A program made the translations under genes and the position numbers. Positions 1-9,377 of a stretch of DNA of 64,000 nt are shown piece by piece. The stretch's first letter is position 1. The number at the start of each line of letters is the position of its first letter. The DNA is taken from the IMG/VR virus record IMGVR_UViG_3300021431_000014; one strand, written 5' to 3'. The stretch is from an uncultured virus (IMG/VR IMGVR_UViG_3300021431_000014) (taxonomy: Duplodnaviria > Heunggongvirae > Uroviricota > Caudoviricetes). The notes beneath the pieces were generated by a model. The model ran no database searches. It had not been told where the DNA came from and worked only from the letters and a program-made list of their open reading frames with translations.

Positions 1-18
1 ATACGAAAGGGGATAAAT

Positions 19-237
19 ATGAAGCGACAGAATTTATGGACGATTGCTGATTGCACCAGAATCATCAAAGAAAATAAGGATAACACAAATTACTTTAATC
101 GTAGTATAACACAGGATGATATGTGGGATATGCTTCGTAATAGAATGTATTTTGGTGAAGCTGAAACGGCAGTTATTATAGCAGCACTCATTAAAGCCGG
201 TGCGAAGTTTAGGATGAAAGGAGAAGTCAATGATTGA
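19..237 (+). CDS. hypothetical protein
   Basis: 72-aa ORF with AAAGGGG RBS, overlaps the next gene. Confidence 0.7.
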   Translation: MKRQNLWTIADCTRIIKENKDNTNYFNRSITQDDMWDMLRNRMYFGEAETAVIIAALIKAGAKFRMKGEVND

Positions 238-1906
238 TATAAGAGTAGACGAAGCAAGAAATTGTAACGGAAATTGGTCACTGTACGTGACCTTTCCGTA
301 TGATAATAAAATAGTTGATGTAGTGAGAAGTTTTCCTACACGCTATTGGAACAAAGACAAAAAGGAATGGGAACTCCCGTTCAAGTATTTTAAGACCTTT
401 ATTGATGCTCTTCCGGATTTTGATTTTGATATTCACGGAAACTGGAAAGCATTTGAAGAGAAGAAAGAAGCTAAGATGCCCGTAGGATTTCAGTTTAAGA
501 CTAATCCTTTTCAGCATCAGATTGACGGATTTAATTACGGTCTTAACAATGACAGATGGCTCCTTGGTGATGAGCAGGGTCTTGGCAAGACTAAACAGGT
601 CATTGATATTGCTGTAGCAAAGAAACTTCAGAAAGGTTATAAACACTGTCTTATCATTTGCGGTGTAAACGGTTTGAAGTGGAACTGGGTTAATGAAATT
701 CATACTCATTCTAATGAAGATGCGTGGATTCTTGGACAGAGAACTAAAGCAGGCAAAACTGTAATCGGTAGCAATGCTGATAAATTAGACGATTTAAACG
801 CTCTATCTTCGATTTCTAGCTACTTTCTTATTACTAATGTAGAAAGTATGCGTGATGAGAAAATAGTCGCTAAAATCGCAAAATACGCAAGCACAAACGA
901 TATTGGAATTGTTGCTATAGATGAGATTCATAAGTGCAAGAATCCTACTTCTCAGCAGGGTAAAGGAATTCTTAAAATTCAGCCGGAGTGCAGGATTGCT
1001 ATGACAGGTACTCCGCTGATGAATAATCCGTTTGATTTGTTCATCATTCTCAAATGGTTAGGATATGAGAAACATGCTTTCTATGCTTTCAAAAAGCATT
1101 ACGGATTGTATGGCGGATACGGTGGGTATCAAGTAGTCGGTTATCGTTATCTTGATGAATTACAGGCACAGCTTGATGAAATCATGCTTAGAAGGTTAAA
1201 GAATGATGTGCTTGACCTTCCGGAAAAAACACATATTACTGAATATGTGGAAATGACTCCAAAACAGAAACAGATTTATGATGAAGTTACGGCAGATATT
1301 AAGATGAATATTGACCAGATTAAAATGGCTAATAATCCTCTTGCTGAACTTATCAGAATGAGACAGGCAACCGGGTACACAGGGATTCTTTCTTCTACAG
1401 TTAAAGAATCTGCTAAACTTGACAGAATGGAAGAACTTGTAGAAGAAGCAAGAGAAAATGGTAAACAGGTAGTTATCTTTTCTAATTGGACACAAATGAC
1501 GGATGCAATCTATGAAAGACTTCATAAAAAGTATACACTGTCTGTTATTACAGGACAGACTGCCGATGAAGTAAGACAGCACAATGTAAAAGAATTTCAA
1601 GAAGGACGTTCTAAAGTTATCATCGGTACTATCGGCGCTATGGGTACAGGACTCACTCTTACAGCCGGCACTGTTGAAATCTTCATGGATGAACCTTGGA
1701 ACAGGGCAAACAAAGAGCAGGCAGAAGACCGCTGTCATCGTGTAGGCACTAAAGAAAACGTAACTATTTATACACTTGTTTGCAAGGATACCATTGATGA
1801 AAGAATCAATGAACTTGTAGAGAAAAAAGGTGCTATGGCAGATGCGCTTGTAGACGGCAAGATAGCTATTGATAAAGCTAATTTACTTGACTTCCTTGTA
1901 GGTTGA
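230..1906 (+). CDS. SNF2-family helicase with N-terminal HARP-like domain
   Basis: GDEQGLGKT Walker A, DEIH, MTGTP, QAEDRCHRVG motif VI; N-terminal FPYD...W...KEW resembles HARP. Confidence 0.9.
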   Translation: MIDIRVDEARNCNGNWSLYVTFPYDNKIVDVVRSFPTRYWNKDKKEWELPFKYFKTFIDALPDFDFDIHGNWKAFEEKKEAKMPVGFQFKTNPFQHQIDGFNYGLNNDRWLLGDEQGLGKTKQVIDIAVAKKLQKGYKHCLIICGVNGLKWNWVNEIHTHSNEDAWILGQRTKAGKTVIGSNADKLDDLNALSSISSYFLITNVESMRDEKIVAKIAKYASTNDIGIVAIDEIHKCKNPTSQQGKGILKIQPECRIAMTGTPLMNNPFDLFIILKWLGYEKHAFYAFKKHYGLYGGYGGYQVVGYRYLDELQAQLDEIMLRRLKNDVLDLPEKTHITEYVEMTPKQKQIYDEVTADIKMNIDQIKMANNPLAELIRMRQATGYTGILSSTVKESAKLDRMEELVEEARENGKQVVIFSNWTQMTDAIYERLHKKYTLSVITGQTADEVRQHNVKEFQEGRSKVIIGTIGAMGTGLTLTAGTVEIFMDEPWNRANKEQAEDRCHRVGTKENVTIYTLVCKDTIDERINELVEKKGAMADALVDGKIAIDKANLLDFLVG

Positions 1907-1956
1907 CAATTTATTTTGTCAACCTACTTGACACTGTAAACATTATATTATATAAT
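1898..1956 (+). promoter_or_regulatory. 12-bp inverted repeat followed by a consensus sigma-A promoter
   Basis: GTAGGTTGACAA/TTGTCAACCTAC (1898-1927); TTGACA 1928-1933, 17 bp, TATAAT 1951-1956. Confidence 0.8.
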
Positions 1957-2025
1957 ATTATAATAATTATAATAAACGAAACTCATATAAAGGGTGTGGT
2001 TATTATGTGAATAGGAGGAATGTAT

Positions 2026-2337
2026 ATGGCGGAGAAACAAGAAGAAAGATTATTGAAACTAGAAGAGGTAGCAATCATTATAGGTAGTTCTTCTAAATCA
2101 ATAAATAACTGGTATTGGTTTAAAAGAGAAAATCCTAATAATGAATATGCAAAAATGTTGCCGAACTATGTTCAGTACGGACCTAGACAGACACGATACT
2201 GGAAAGAGAGTGACATTTGGAAATTAGTCAAATTTAAACAATCAATTCCGCAGGGACGAAACGGAATTATGGGTAGTGTGACACAGAGATATTATCGTAA
2301 AGAGGATAAAAATGATAACGCAGAAGTATCTGAATGA
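2026..2337 (+). CDS. excisionase/AlpA-like HTH DNA-binding protein
   Basis: LLKLEEVAIIIG...SINNW...RYWKESDI pattern; AGGAGG RBS. Confidence 0.6.
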   Translation: MAEKQEERLLKLEEVAIIIGSSSKSINNWYWFKRENPNNEYAKMLPNYVQYGPRQTRYWKESDIWKLVKFKQSIPQGRNGIMGSVTQRYYRKEDKNDNAEVSE

Positions 2338-2474
2338 TATTACAAAATGCTGTAGATGTATAAACAAGAGTTTCAACGGATGCTTAGAGTGTAGAAATAG
2401 CAGTAATTTTAAAGCCGAGTGTACTTATGATGAGTGGAAAAAGCGGCGAAAGAATGAAACGAGAGGAGAGAAGA

Positions 2475-2879
2475 ATGAAACTGAATGACCTTGAAAGATT
2501 GATTCCGCAGTATATTGCGAACAAAACAGAGTTGGATAGCTATAAGAAACTTTGTGAAAAAGAGAACGCAAAGATTAAGTCTATCATGAAAGATTTTTCT
2601 TTGTTGAAATATGAAGTAAACGGCTATAAAGCATTGTACACTATTTCGAAACGTGAATCAATGAATGAAGAAATGTTACTTGCAATAGCACATGAACATG
2701 GCCTGTCTGATATTATTAAAACAAAAGAATATATTGATTATGACGCATTAGAAAAGGCATTGTATGACGGTAAGATTTCTGATGATGTTATACTGGAAAT
2801 GGATAAGGCAAAAGAAGTAAAAGAAGTGGTAACTCTTAGAGTTATTCCGATTAAGGAAAAGAAAAAGGAGGACGAATGA
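2475..2879 (+). CDS. hypothetical protein (coiled-coil)
   Basis: ORF with GAGGAG RBS before ATG 2475. Confidence 0.65.
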   Translation: MKLNDLERLIPQYIANKTELDSYKKLCEKENAKIKSIMKDFSLLKYEVNGYKALYTISKRESMNEEMLLAIAHEHGLSDIIKTKEYIDYDALEKALYDGKISDDVILEMDKAKEVKEVVTLRVIPIKEKKKEDE

Positions 2880-2977
2880 TGTATATAAATCCGTTTATCG
2901 CAGGTATTTTAGCAACATTAATGGCAGAAGTAGTTGTACTTGTAGGTTATGCACTATGGGAGGGTCGTAAGAAATGA
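2876..2977 (+). CDS. small membrane peptide (33 aa)
   Basis: Read by hand: AGGAGG RBS, MMYINPFIAGILATLMAEVVVLVGYALWEGRKK; ATGA overlaps at both ends. Confidence 0.6.
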   Translation: MMYINPFIAGILATLMAEVVVLVGYALWEGRKK

Positions 2978-3174
2978 AAATAACGTCTATCAGAGCAACA
3001 AGTAGAGCAAGTGTTAAAGTCCATGATTCTTTTTATACCGTCGAATATTGTGAAGAAAGAAGCATTGACCCGGAAGATAATATAGAAGAAGAACGTTCCA
3101 AACTTTGGGACACTTGCAATAACGAGGTCGATGCGCAAATTGAGGACATTCTGAAAAGTTTCTCTAAAAAGTAA
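2974..3174 (+). CDS. hypothetical protein
   Basis: 66-aa ORF coupled to the upstream gene. Confidence 0.65.
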   Translation: MKITSIRATSRASVKVHDSFYTVEYCEERSIDPEDNIEEERSKLWDTCNNEVDAQIEDILKSFSKK

Positions 3175-3203
3175 TTGACAACTATACGATAATGTAGTAA
3201 AAT
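3175..3203 (+). promoter_or_regulatory. sigma-A promoter
   Basis: TTGACA 3175-3180, 17 bp, TAAAAT 3198-3203. Confidence 0.6.
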
Positions 3204-3243
3204 ATAATAGTCATAGATGATAAACGTTATGAGATATGACAAA

Positions 3244-3400
3244 GACATATCGGGTAATATGTCGTGAATGTCTGCTGTGCGGACAACAAATAGGTTAGCT
3301 TGTACTCCCGCCAGAGTATTTGCACAATCACCTCATAGGGATACAGGCTAATAAAAAGTCTATATAATTGTAGTGGCGGCTACAGTTGTATAGACTTATT
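3244..3400 (+). ncRNA. structured leader RNA with complementary (kissing) loops
   Basis: Hairpins 3244-3263, 3269-3285, 3303-3318 (loop CCGCCA) and 3356-3397 (loop TGGCGG, G-U pairs, U-rich tail). Confidence 0.55.
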
Positions 3401-3420
3401 TGTTTATAAAGGGAAATTTT

Positions 3421-3681
3421 ATGATAAAGGAAATAAAAAATTTACAGGTCGGTGACAAAGTAGAAGCTATGTTTAAGGTAAATCCTTCCGGAGATTTATT
3501 TGATGATGTATGGTTACCGGTAAAAGTCATACAGGAATATGAATACTTCTGGGTGTGCAGAGTTTTACCTCATAGAAATCCGAAACATTCTTGGGGAATA
3601 TCCCATACATATATTATGACGATAGACAAATTTAATTTAAAATGTGGCGATGTTAAATGTAGACCGATTACAAGAAGATAA
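3421..3681 (+). CDS. hypothetical protein
   Basis: ORF between the leader RNA and the initiator. Confidence 0.6.
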   Translation: MIKEIKNLQVGDKVEAMFKVNPSGDLFDDVWLPVKVIQEYEYFWVCRVLPHRNPKHSWGISHTYIMTIDKFNLKCGDVKCRPITRR

Positions 3682-3695
3682 TGTAGGAGGAAGTA

Positions 3696-4517
3696 ATGTC
3701 GATAAATCAAAATAATTTCATCACTATTCAAGGTTGGATGAGAACTGAATTAAATTTGAAAGGAAATGATTTACTTGTATATGCAATCATATATGGCTTT
3801 AGTCAAACCGAAAATCAAAGATTCACCGGAAGTTTACAGTATTTGGCAGATTGGTGCGGAGCAACTAAGCAGGGCATCTTAAAGAATCTAAAAAATTTAT
3901 TAGATTTAGGCTTGATTGAAAAGAATGAAATTGTAAATAACGGCGTAAAGTTTGTTGAATACTATTCAACTCAGTTTAACGGGGTGTTAAACTCAGTTGA
4001 ACGGGGTGTTAAACAGAGTTTAATTAATAATATAGCAAATAGTAAAACAGAAATAAAAGAAAAGACTAATTCTAAAGAATTAGTACAAAATTCTCCTTCA
4101 TTTGAATTTGGTAAACAAAAACCTAAAAAAGAATCATTGTTTACTAAATGTGTTACTTTGGTTGATGATTTTGTAGATACTCATAATTGCGGTAATCCTG
4201 TTAGACGTAAACTTATATCTTATCTCAATTTTAGATTGTCAGTGAAAGATAAACCATTGTATACTAATATGTGGAAAGGCATGTTAACTAAATTAGATAA
4301 GCTACATCAAGAAGGATATGCTTATGAATGTATTATAGATTTTTGTATAGAGCGTGGGTATTTATCATTTTATCCGCCTACTAGCTACAGTAAAGATTTG
4401 AAAGATAAACCGTGGGAACAGGGTGTAAAGAGTGAAGGTTATACAGAGGAAGAAAAACGTCAGATAGAAAAAGAGAGTGCTGAACGATTAGCACGAGGAG
4501 AAAAGGTATGGTTTTGA
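3696..4517 (+). CDS. phage replication initiator (N-terminal winged HTH)
   Basis: FITIQGWMRTELNLKGNDLLVYAIIYGFSQ N-terminus, internal iterons, precedes a DnaC-like gene. Confidence 0.8.
   Translation: MSINQNNFITIQGWMRTELNLKGNDLLVYAIIYGFSQTENQRFTGSLQYLADWCGATKQGILKNLKNLLDLGLIEKNEIVNNGVKFVEYYSTQFNGVLNSVERGVKQSLINNIANSKTEIKEKTNSKELVQNSPSFEFGKQKPKKESLFTKCVTLVDDFVDTHNCGNPVRRKLISYLNFRLSVKDKPLYTNMWKGMLTKLDKLHQEGYAYECIIDFCIERGYLSFYPPTSYSKDLKDKPWEQGVKSEGYTEEEKRQIEKESAERLARGEKVWF
3954..4030. repeat. putative replication origin iterons
   Basis: Two 22-bp direct repeats (c/a)AACTCAGTT(t/g)AACGGGGTGTT at 3967-3988 and 3989-4010 plus a partial third; IR GTTGAATA/TATTCAAC 3954-3970; AT-rich tract follows. 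Confidence 0.7.
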
Positions 4518-5164
4518 GAAACGATGATTGTTGGTACAAAGATGTGTGTACTTACGACCAGTGCGTTAATTGTATAAGATATTCAGAAATGAAATATCTT
4601 ATGGATAACAGCGGGTTACCGAAAAAGCGACAACATCCTATAGCACTAAACGGCAACAAGGATTTGCAAGCATTTTTTATGTTGGACGAGATTCGTCAAG
4701 ATATAAAAACATTTGTCGATAACGGAGAATCGTTGTATATTTTTAGTGAGTATACAGGTAACGGTAAGACAAGCTGGGCAATAAAGTTGTTACTGAAATA
4801 TTTTGATACGATATGGGCAGGTAACGGTTTTCGTATAAGAGGATATTTTCAGCATGTACCGACACTGTTTAGTACACTGAAAGATTTTAGTAAGTCCCAT
4901 GAATCTTTGAAAAACGTGCTTGAAACAGCAGATTTAGTTATCTGGGATGATATTGCAAGTACAAAACTATCTGATTATGATGTTCAACAATTACTTATTA
5001 TTATAGATAGTAGAGTATCAGAAGGACTCGCAAACATTTACACAGGTAATATAACAAGTCACGAAGCATTGACAAAAGCTGTCGGTGATAGACTTGCAAG
5101 CCGTATATGGAATAGGTCAACATTGGTAGAGTTTAAAGGAAAAGACAGGAGGGCAGAATGGTAG
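4508..5164 (+). CDS. DnaC/IstB-like helicase loader ATPase
   Basis: TGNGKT Walker A, IWDD Walker B, RLASR, GKDRR; Cys-rich N-terminus. Confidence 0.85.
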   Translation: MVLRNDDCWYKDVCTYDQCVNCIRYSEMKYLMDNSGLPKKRQHPIALNGNKDLQAFFMLDEIRQDIKTFVDNGESLYIFSEYTGNGKTSWAIKLLLKYFDTIWAGNGFRIRGYFQHVPTLFSTLKDFSKSHESLKNVLETADLVIWDDIASTKLSDYDVQQLLIIIDSRVSEGLANIYTGNITSHEALTKAVGDRLASRIWNRSTLVEFKGKDRRAEW

Positions 5165-5256
5165 CAAATATTGTATTTTTCATTATTGGCGTGATAACAG
5201 GAATAATATTGTTATCAGTAATATGCTGTATTTTTATTGATAAGGGAGATAAATAA
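5158..5256 (+). CDS. small membrane peptide (32 aa)
   Basis: Read by hand: MVANIVFFIIGVITGIILLSVICCIFIDKGDK with GGAGG RBS. Confidence 0.5.
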   Translation: MVANIVFFIIGVITGIILLSVICCIFIDKGDK

Positions 5257-6557
5257 TGGTAGCCCTCCAGATAATCTCTAAAATAATTTCAACTAAAAGT
5301 ATGGAAATAGTTGAACTCAATTTATTAACCAGTGAATATTTCGTGGGTTATGAAAATGAGTTTAACTTTTTGGTCGAACATACTAAAACATACGGGTCAG
5401 TCCCAGATAAGGCAACATTTCTTTCACAATTTCCAGATATAGAATTAGTAGAGGTAACAGAGTCAGATAGATATTTGGTAGATAAAATCCGCGAGGAATA
5501 TCTTTATTATAAATCTGTACCTGTTTTGCAAAAAGCGGCAGAATTATTGAAATCAGATTCTAATGCGGCCGCTGAATATATGATTCATGCTTTAAAGGAT
5601 TTACAGCCTAATTATAGATTGGGTGGTACTGATATTATAGCAAGAGCAGAAGATAGATATGAACAATTCTTGGAACGTAAGGAACATCAAGATTCTTGGT
5701 TTTTTACGTGCGGTTTTGAAGAGTTAGATGATTTAATTCACGGCATACAGAGAGAAGAGGAGTTACTTGTAATCTTTGCAAGAACAAATCAAGGTAAATC
5801 ATGGGTGCTTGAAAAGATGTGTACTCATGTATGGCAGATAGGATTTAATGTCGGTTATATAAGTCCCGAAATGGGTGCAAGCAGTATCGGTTATAGATTT
5901 GATACACTGAATAAGAACTTTTCAAATAAGGGACTCATGTGGGGTAAAGATGATATAGACGAGCAGGAGTATTCTGATTATCTTAAAACGCTAAAAGATA
6001 CTAAAAATAGTTTTATTGTAGCTACTCCAAACGATTTCGATAAGAAAATCACCGTAACAAAGTTGAAGAATTGGATTCAGCAGTATAAACTTGATTTAGT
6101 TGCCGTTGACGGTATAACTTATATGACAGATGAAAGATATAGCAGAGGTGATAATAAAACTACTACATTAACAAACATTAGTGAAGACTTAATGGCGTTG
6201 TCTATGGAAATGAAAGTGCCTATTCTTATAGTTGTTCAGGCGAACAGGGGTGGAGTAGCACAAGATGATAGTGACGGTACACCGGAACTTGAAACAATAA
6301 GAGATAGTGACGGCATATCTCATAATGCAAGTAAAGTCATATCAATACGACAAACTAAAGACGGAATCTTAAAAATGGAAGTAAAGAAACAAAGATTCGG
6401 CGCTGTCGGAGGTAAGTTGAATTATCAGTGGGATATAAATACAGGTTCATTCACGTTCGTACCGGCAGAAGATGATGCTGAACCTAGAGAGCGAACGGAA
6501 AGAAAAGTTAGAGAAGTTAAACGACAATTTAAAAATGATAAGGAGGATGTGTTTTGA
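5256..6557 (+). CDS. DnaB-like replicative helicase
   Basis: ARTNQGKS Walker A, SPEM, VAVDG, VVQANR, KQRFG. Confidence 0.9.
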   Translation: MVALQIISKIISTKSMEIVELNLLTSEYFVGYENEFNFLVEHTKTYGSVPDKATFLSQFPDIELVEVTESDRYLVDKIREEYLYYKSVPVLQKAAELLKSDSNAAAEYMIHALKDLQPNYRLGGTDIIARAEDRYEQFLERKEHQDSWFFTCGFEELDDLIHGIQREEELLVIFARTNQGKSWVLEKMCTHVWQIGFNVGYISPEMGASSIGYRFDTLNKNFSNKGLMWGKDDIDEQEYSDYLKTLKDTKNSFIVATPNDFDKKITVTKLKNWIQQYKLDLVAVDGITYMTDERYSRGDNKTTTLTNISEDLMALSMEMKVPILIVVQANRGGVAQDDSDGTPELETIRDSDGISHNASKVISIRQTKDGILKMEVKKQRFGAVGGKLNYQWDINTGSFTFVPAEDDAEPRERTERKVREVKRQFKNDKEDVF

Positions 6558-6687
6558 AATTAGATATAGAAGAATTAGAAAGACTTGAAGTAGAAATGGA
6601 AGAAGCAGAACAGATGAGAGAAATGTTATGGGCATATAATTTTGAACATGAGGATGCTGGAGATAGGGATTAACGAGGAGGAAAATA

Positions 6688-6870
6688 ATGACAGTTAAGG
6701 AGTTAATTACATTATTGCTCGATATGGATATGAATAAAGAAATATCTATTGAATATCCTACAGCAAAAGGTCAGATAGTTGGTAATTATAGTAGATACGA
6801 AGAATCAGAACAGTTTGAAATCAAAGAATATATACATGGTGTTGTGATTGGAGTAAGTAATGATAATTAA
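6688..6870 (+). CDS. hypothetical protein
   Basis: MTVKELI..L start, GAGGAGG RBS. Confidence 0.65.
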   Translation: MTVKELITLLLDMDMNKEISIEYPTAKGQIVGNYSRYEESEQFEIKEYIHGVVIGVSNDN

Positions 6871-7936
6871 TGATGTTCAATTTACTGTTGACTTATTGAC
6901 TATATTACAGGAGTTAATAAGTCAATTAAGAGCAAACAATATACAGTTAATTCAGAAGTATAAAGAAGGGCCGACTCACATACAAATTTGCTGTCCTTAC
7001 CATAATAATGGGATGGAACGTAGACCGTCGGCTGGCATAAGAAAAGAAGATGGAATGTTTCACTGCTTCGCATGTAACGAAGTTCATTCTTTGCAAGAAG
7101 TAATTTCATATTGTTTTGGACATACAGATGATGTTGTAGGTAAGTTTGGATGGCAATGGTTATTAAAGAATTTTGCAACAGTACAAGCGGAGGAGAGAAA
7201 AGATGTTGAACTTGATTTTAGCAGGACTAATATTGTTTTTGATAGTAGTAATAGAGATAGATTTAACCAACATTTACAAAGCAATAGACAGATTGAACGA
7301 TACGTTACGGAGGAAGAATTAGATAAATATAGATACACACATCCATATATGTATAAAAGGGGGTTAACAGATGAAGTTATTGAGTTATTCGATATTGGTT
7401 ACGATGCTGGTACTGATTGTATTACTTTTCCCGTTCGTGATATCTTCGGTAAGACTTTGTTTATTGCTAGACGCTCTGTTAGAGCGAAGTTCTTCAATTA
7501 TCCCGAGGGGGTAGAAAAACCGCTTTACGGGCTGTATGAGATAAATCAAAGAACAGTGCAGATTGCAAAAACTTATTATACAGATATAGATATGATAGTG
7601 CGTAAATCTATAATGTATTATCCTAAACAAATTATAGTATGTGAATCAATGTTAGACGCTTTATCATTTTGGACAGTAGATAAATATGCTGTGGCCTTGA
7701 ACGGACTTGGAAATGAATTGCAGTTTAAACAGTTAAGAGATTTACCCTGTAGAAAGATAATACTCGCAACAGATATGGATGATAGAGGATTAGCGGCGAG
7801 AAAAAGAATAAGAGCAAATATGAAAAATACCAAGATAATAACAGAGTATCTATTTCCAAAAGGAAGAAAAGATGCCAATGAATGTACTAAAGAAGAATTG
7901 ATGAATTTAGAGGAGGAAATGATTAATGTACGATGA
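6860..7936 (+). CDS. DNA primase (CHC2 zinc finger + TOPRIM)
   Basis: CPYH...FHCFAC zinc finger; VCESMLD, ATDMDDRG, KDANE TOPRIM motifs. Confidence 0.9.
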   Translation: MIINDVQFTVDLLTILQELISQLRANNIQLIQKYKEGPTHIQICCPYHNNGMERRPSAGIRKEDGMFHCFACNEVHSLQEVISYCFGHTDDVVGKFGWQWLLKNFATVQAEERKDVELDFSRTNIVFDSSNRDRFNQHLQSNRQIERYVTEEELDKYRYTHPYMYKRGLTDEVIELFDIGYDAGTDCITFPVRDIFGKTLFIARRSVRAKFFNYPEGVEKPLYGLYEINQRTVQIAKTYYTDIDMIVRKSIMYYPKQIIVCESMLDALSFWTVDKYAVALNGLGNELQFKQLRDLPCRKIILATDMDDRGLAARKRIRANMKNTKIITEYLFPKGRKDANECTKEELMNLEEEMINVR

Positions 7937-8192
7937 AGTAATTAATCATATGACAGAAGATGAGTTACGCAATTATGTAAAACATCAGAGCGAATTTGTA
8001 AATTCCATTTTGCAATTAAATCGGTCTAATCAAGAACTTGTACATGCTTGGAAACAGATTGCCATTTCAATAGAATATCAACAGGATTGTTTGTTAAAGA
8101 GAAATAATAAGTTATATGAATTAAGAAGAGTTGAAAAAGAATTAGAACAGAAGTACGATGAATTTATACCAAAACCAATGAGTTGTGAATAA
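7926..8192 (+). CDS. hypothetical coiled-coil protein
   Basis: 88-aa ORF with GAGGAGG RBS. Confidence 0.6.
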   Translation: MYDEVINHMTEDELRNYVKHQSEFVNSILQLNRSNQELVHAWKQIAISIEYQQDCLLKRNNKLYELRRVEKELEQKYDEFIPKPMSCE

Positions 8193-8205
8193 AGGAGGTA
8201 TTTTA

Positions 8206-8436
8206 ATGGTTCCAACAGAAACAAAGAATTTACAGTGGAAAGATGCATGGTTTCATTTACTTAATGGAAAGAAAATTAAACGTCCTTTGTGGCAAGGTTA
8301 TTGGGTATGGGAAAATAATACTATTATGATGCACTGTCGAGATGGCAGCATTTCTGATATTCGTACTACAGAAAATCCTGCTTATACCTTTTCTAATATC
8401 GCACAAAGAGATTGGATGGTGGTTATTGATGAGTGA
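8206..8436 (+). CDS. DUF2829-like protein
   Basis: L.NGKKIKRPLW...DWMVV pattern. Confidence 0.55.
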   Translation: MVPTETKNLQWKDAWFHLLNGKKIKRPLWQGYWVWENNTIMMHCRDGSISDIRTTENPAYTFSNIAQRDWMVVIDE

Positions 8437-8614
8437 AATGAAAACTTTTTGTTCTATAGCAGATTGTAAAAATTATAATTGTGAACATCATATGGTAGCA
8501 GTGCCGATAGACGGAGAAATGGTAGAAATTAAATATCTGTTTTCAGATAAACGATGCCCGTTACATCCAGACCACAATAAAAATTTTAATGAAAATTCTA
8601 AAGAAACTTGTTGA
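8429..8614 (+). CDS. hypothetical Cys-rich protein
   Basis: FCSIADCKNYNCEHH; overlaps the upstream stop. Confidence 0.5.
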   Translation: MSEMKTFCSIADCKNYNCEHHMVAVPIDGEMVEIKYLFSDKRCPLHPDHNKNFNENSKETC

Positions 8615-8639
8615 CATATAAATAAATATGTACTATAAT
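8611..8639 (+). promoter_or_regulatory. consensus sigma-A promoter for the SSB-polymerase-modification operon
   Basis: TTGACA-17-TATAAT. Confidence 0.85.
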
Positions 8640-8696
8640 TAAATAGTCGAAAGACACAATAAACTATAAAACACATAACAAGAAAGGAGTAACACG

Positions 8697-9377
8697 ATGG
8701 CGAGATTTAATACAGAAACCGCTGATAAGTATGGTGGACAGGGAGGAGCAGGGTATTTCTCACTGAAGAACGACAAAGATGTAGCACAGGTTCGTTTTAT
8801 GTATAATTCTATTGATGATGTAGAGGGATATGCAGTACATCAAGTAGAAATTGATGGCAAGAAACGTTATGTTAATTGTCTGAGAGAGTACAATCAGCCT
8901 ATCGACACTTGCCCGTTCTGTAGAGCCAAAATGTTTACAACAGCGAAACTGTTCGTTCCGATTTATAACATTGATGAGGACAGAGTGCAGGTGTGGGAAA
9001 GAGGAAAGAAATTTATCAGTAAAATTTCTTCCATTTGTGCTAGGTATCCAGATGTAGTTTCTCATACATTTGAGATTGAGAGAAACGGTAAGAAAGGTGA
9101 AACGTCTACTACTTATGAGATTTACGAAACCGGCAAAGATGATACTACTCTTGAAGATTTGCCGGAACAGAATCCCGTACTTGGGACTATTGTTCTTGAT
9201 AAGTCAGCAGATGACATGGAATTTTATCTTGAAAACGAATATTTCCCGCCCGAAGGTGAAGATGCACCGGTAAGACGTAGGTCTAGCAGGCAGGATGAAG
9301 ATGTACCGTTTGAGGAAGAAAGAAGAACAACACGTAGAACACCTGCAAACAGTGGAAGAAGAAGGGAAACATTCTAA
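8697..9377 (+). CDS. single-stranded DNA-binding protein (gp32-like, Zn-binding)
   Basis: H...C...CPFC, VQVWERG, acidic/charged tail, directly upstream of the polymerase. Confidence 0.7.
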   Translation: MARFNTETADKYGGQGGAGYFSLKNDKDVAQVRFMYNSIDDVEGYAVHQVEIDGKKRYVNCLREYNQPIDTCPFCRAKMFTTAKLFVPIYNIDEDRVQVWERGKKFISKISSICARYPDVVSHTFEIERNGKKGETSTTYEIYETGKDDTTLEDLPEQNPVLGTIVLDKSADDMEFYLENEYFPPEGEDAPVRRRSSRQDEDVPFEEERRTTRRTPANSGRRRETF

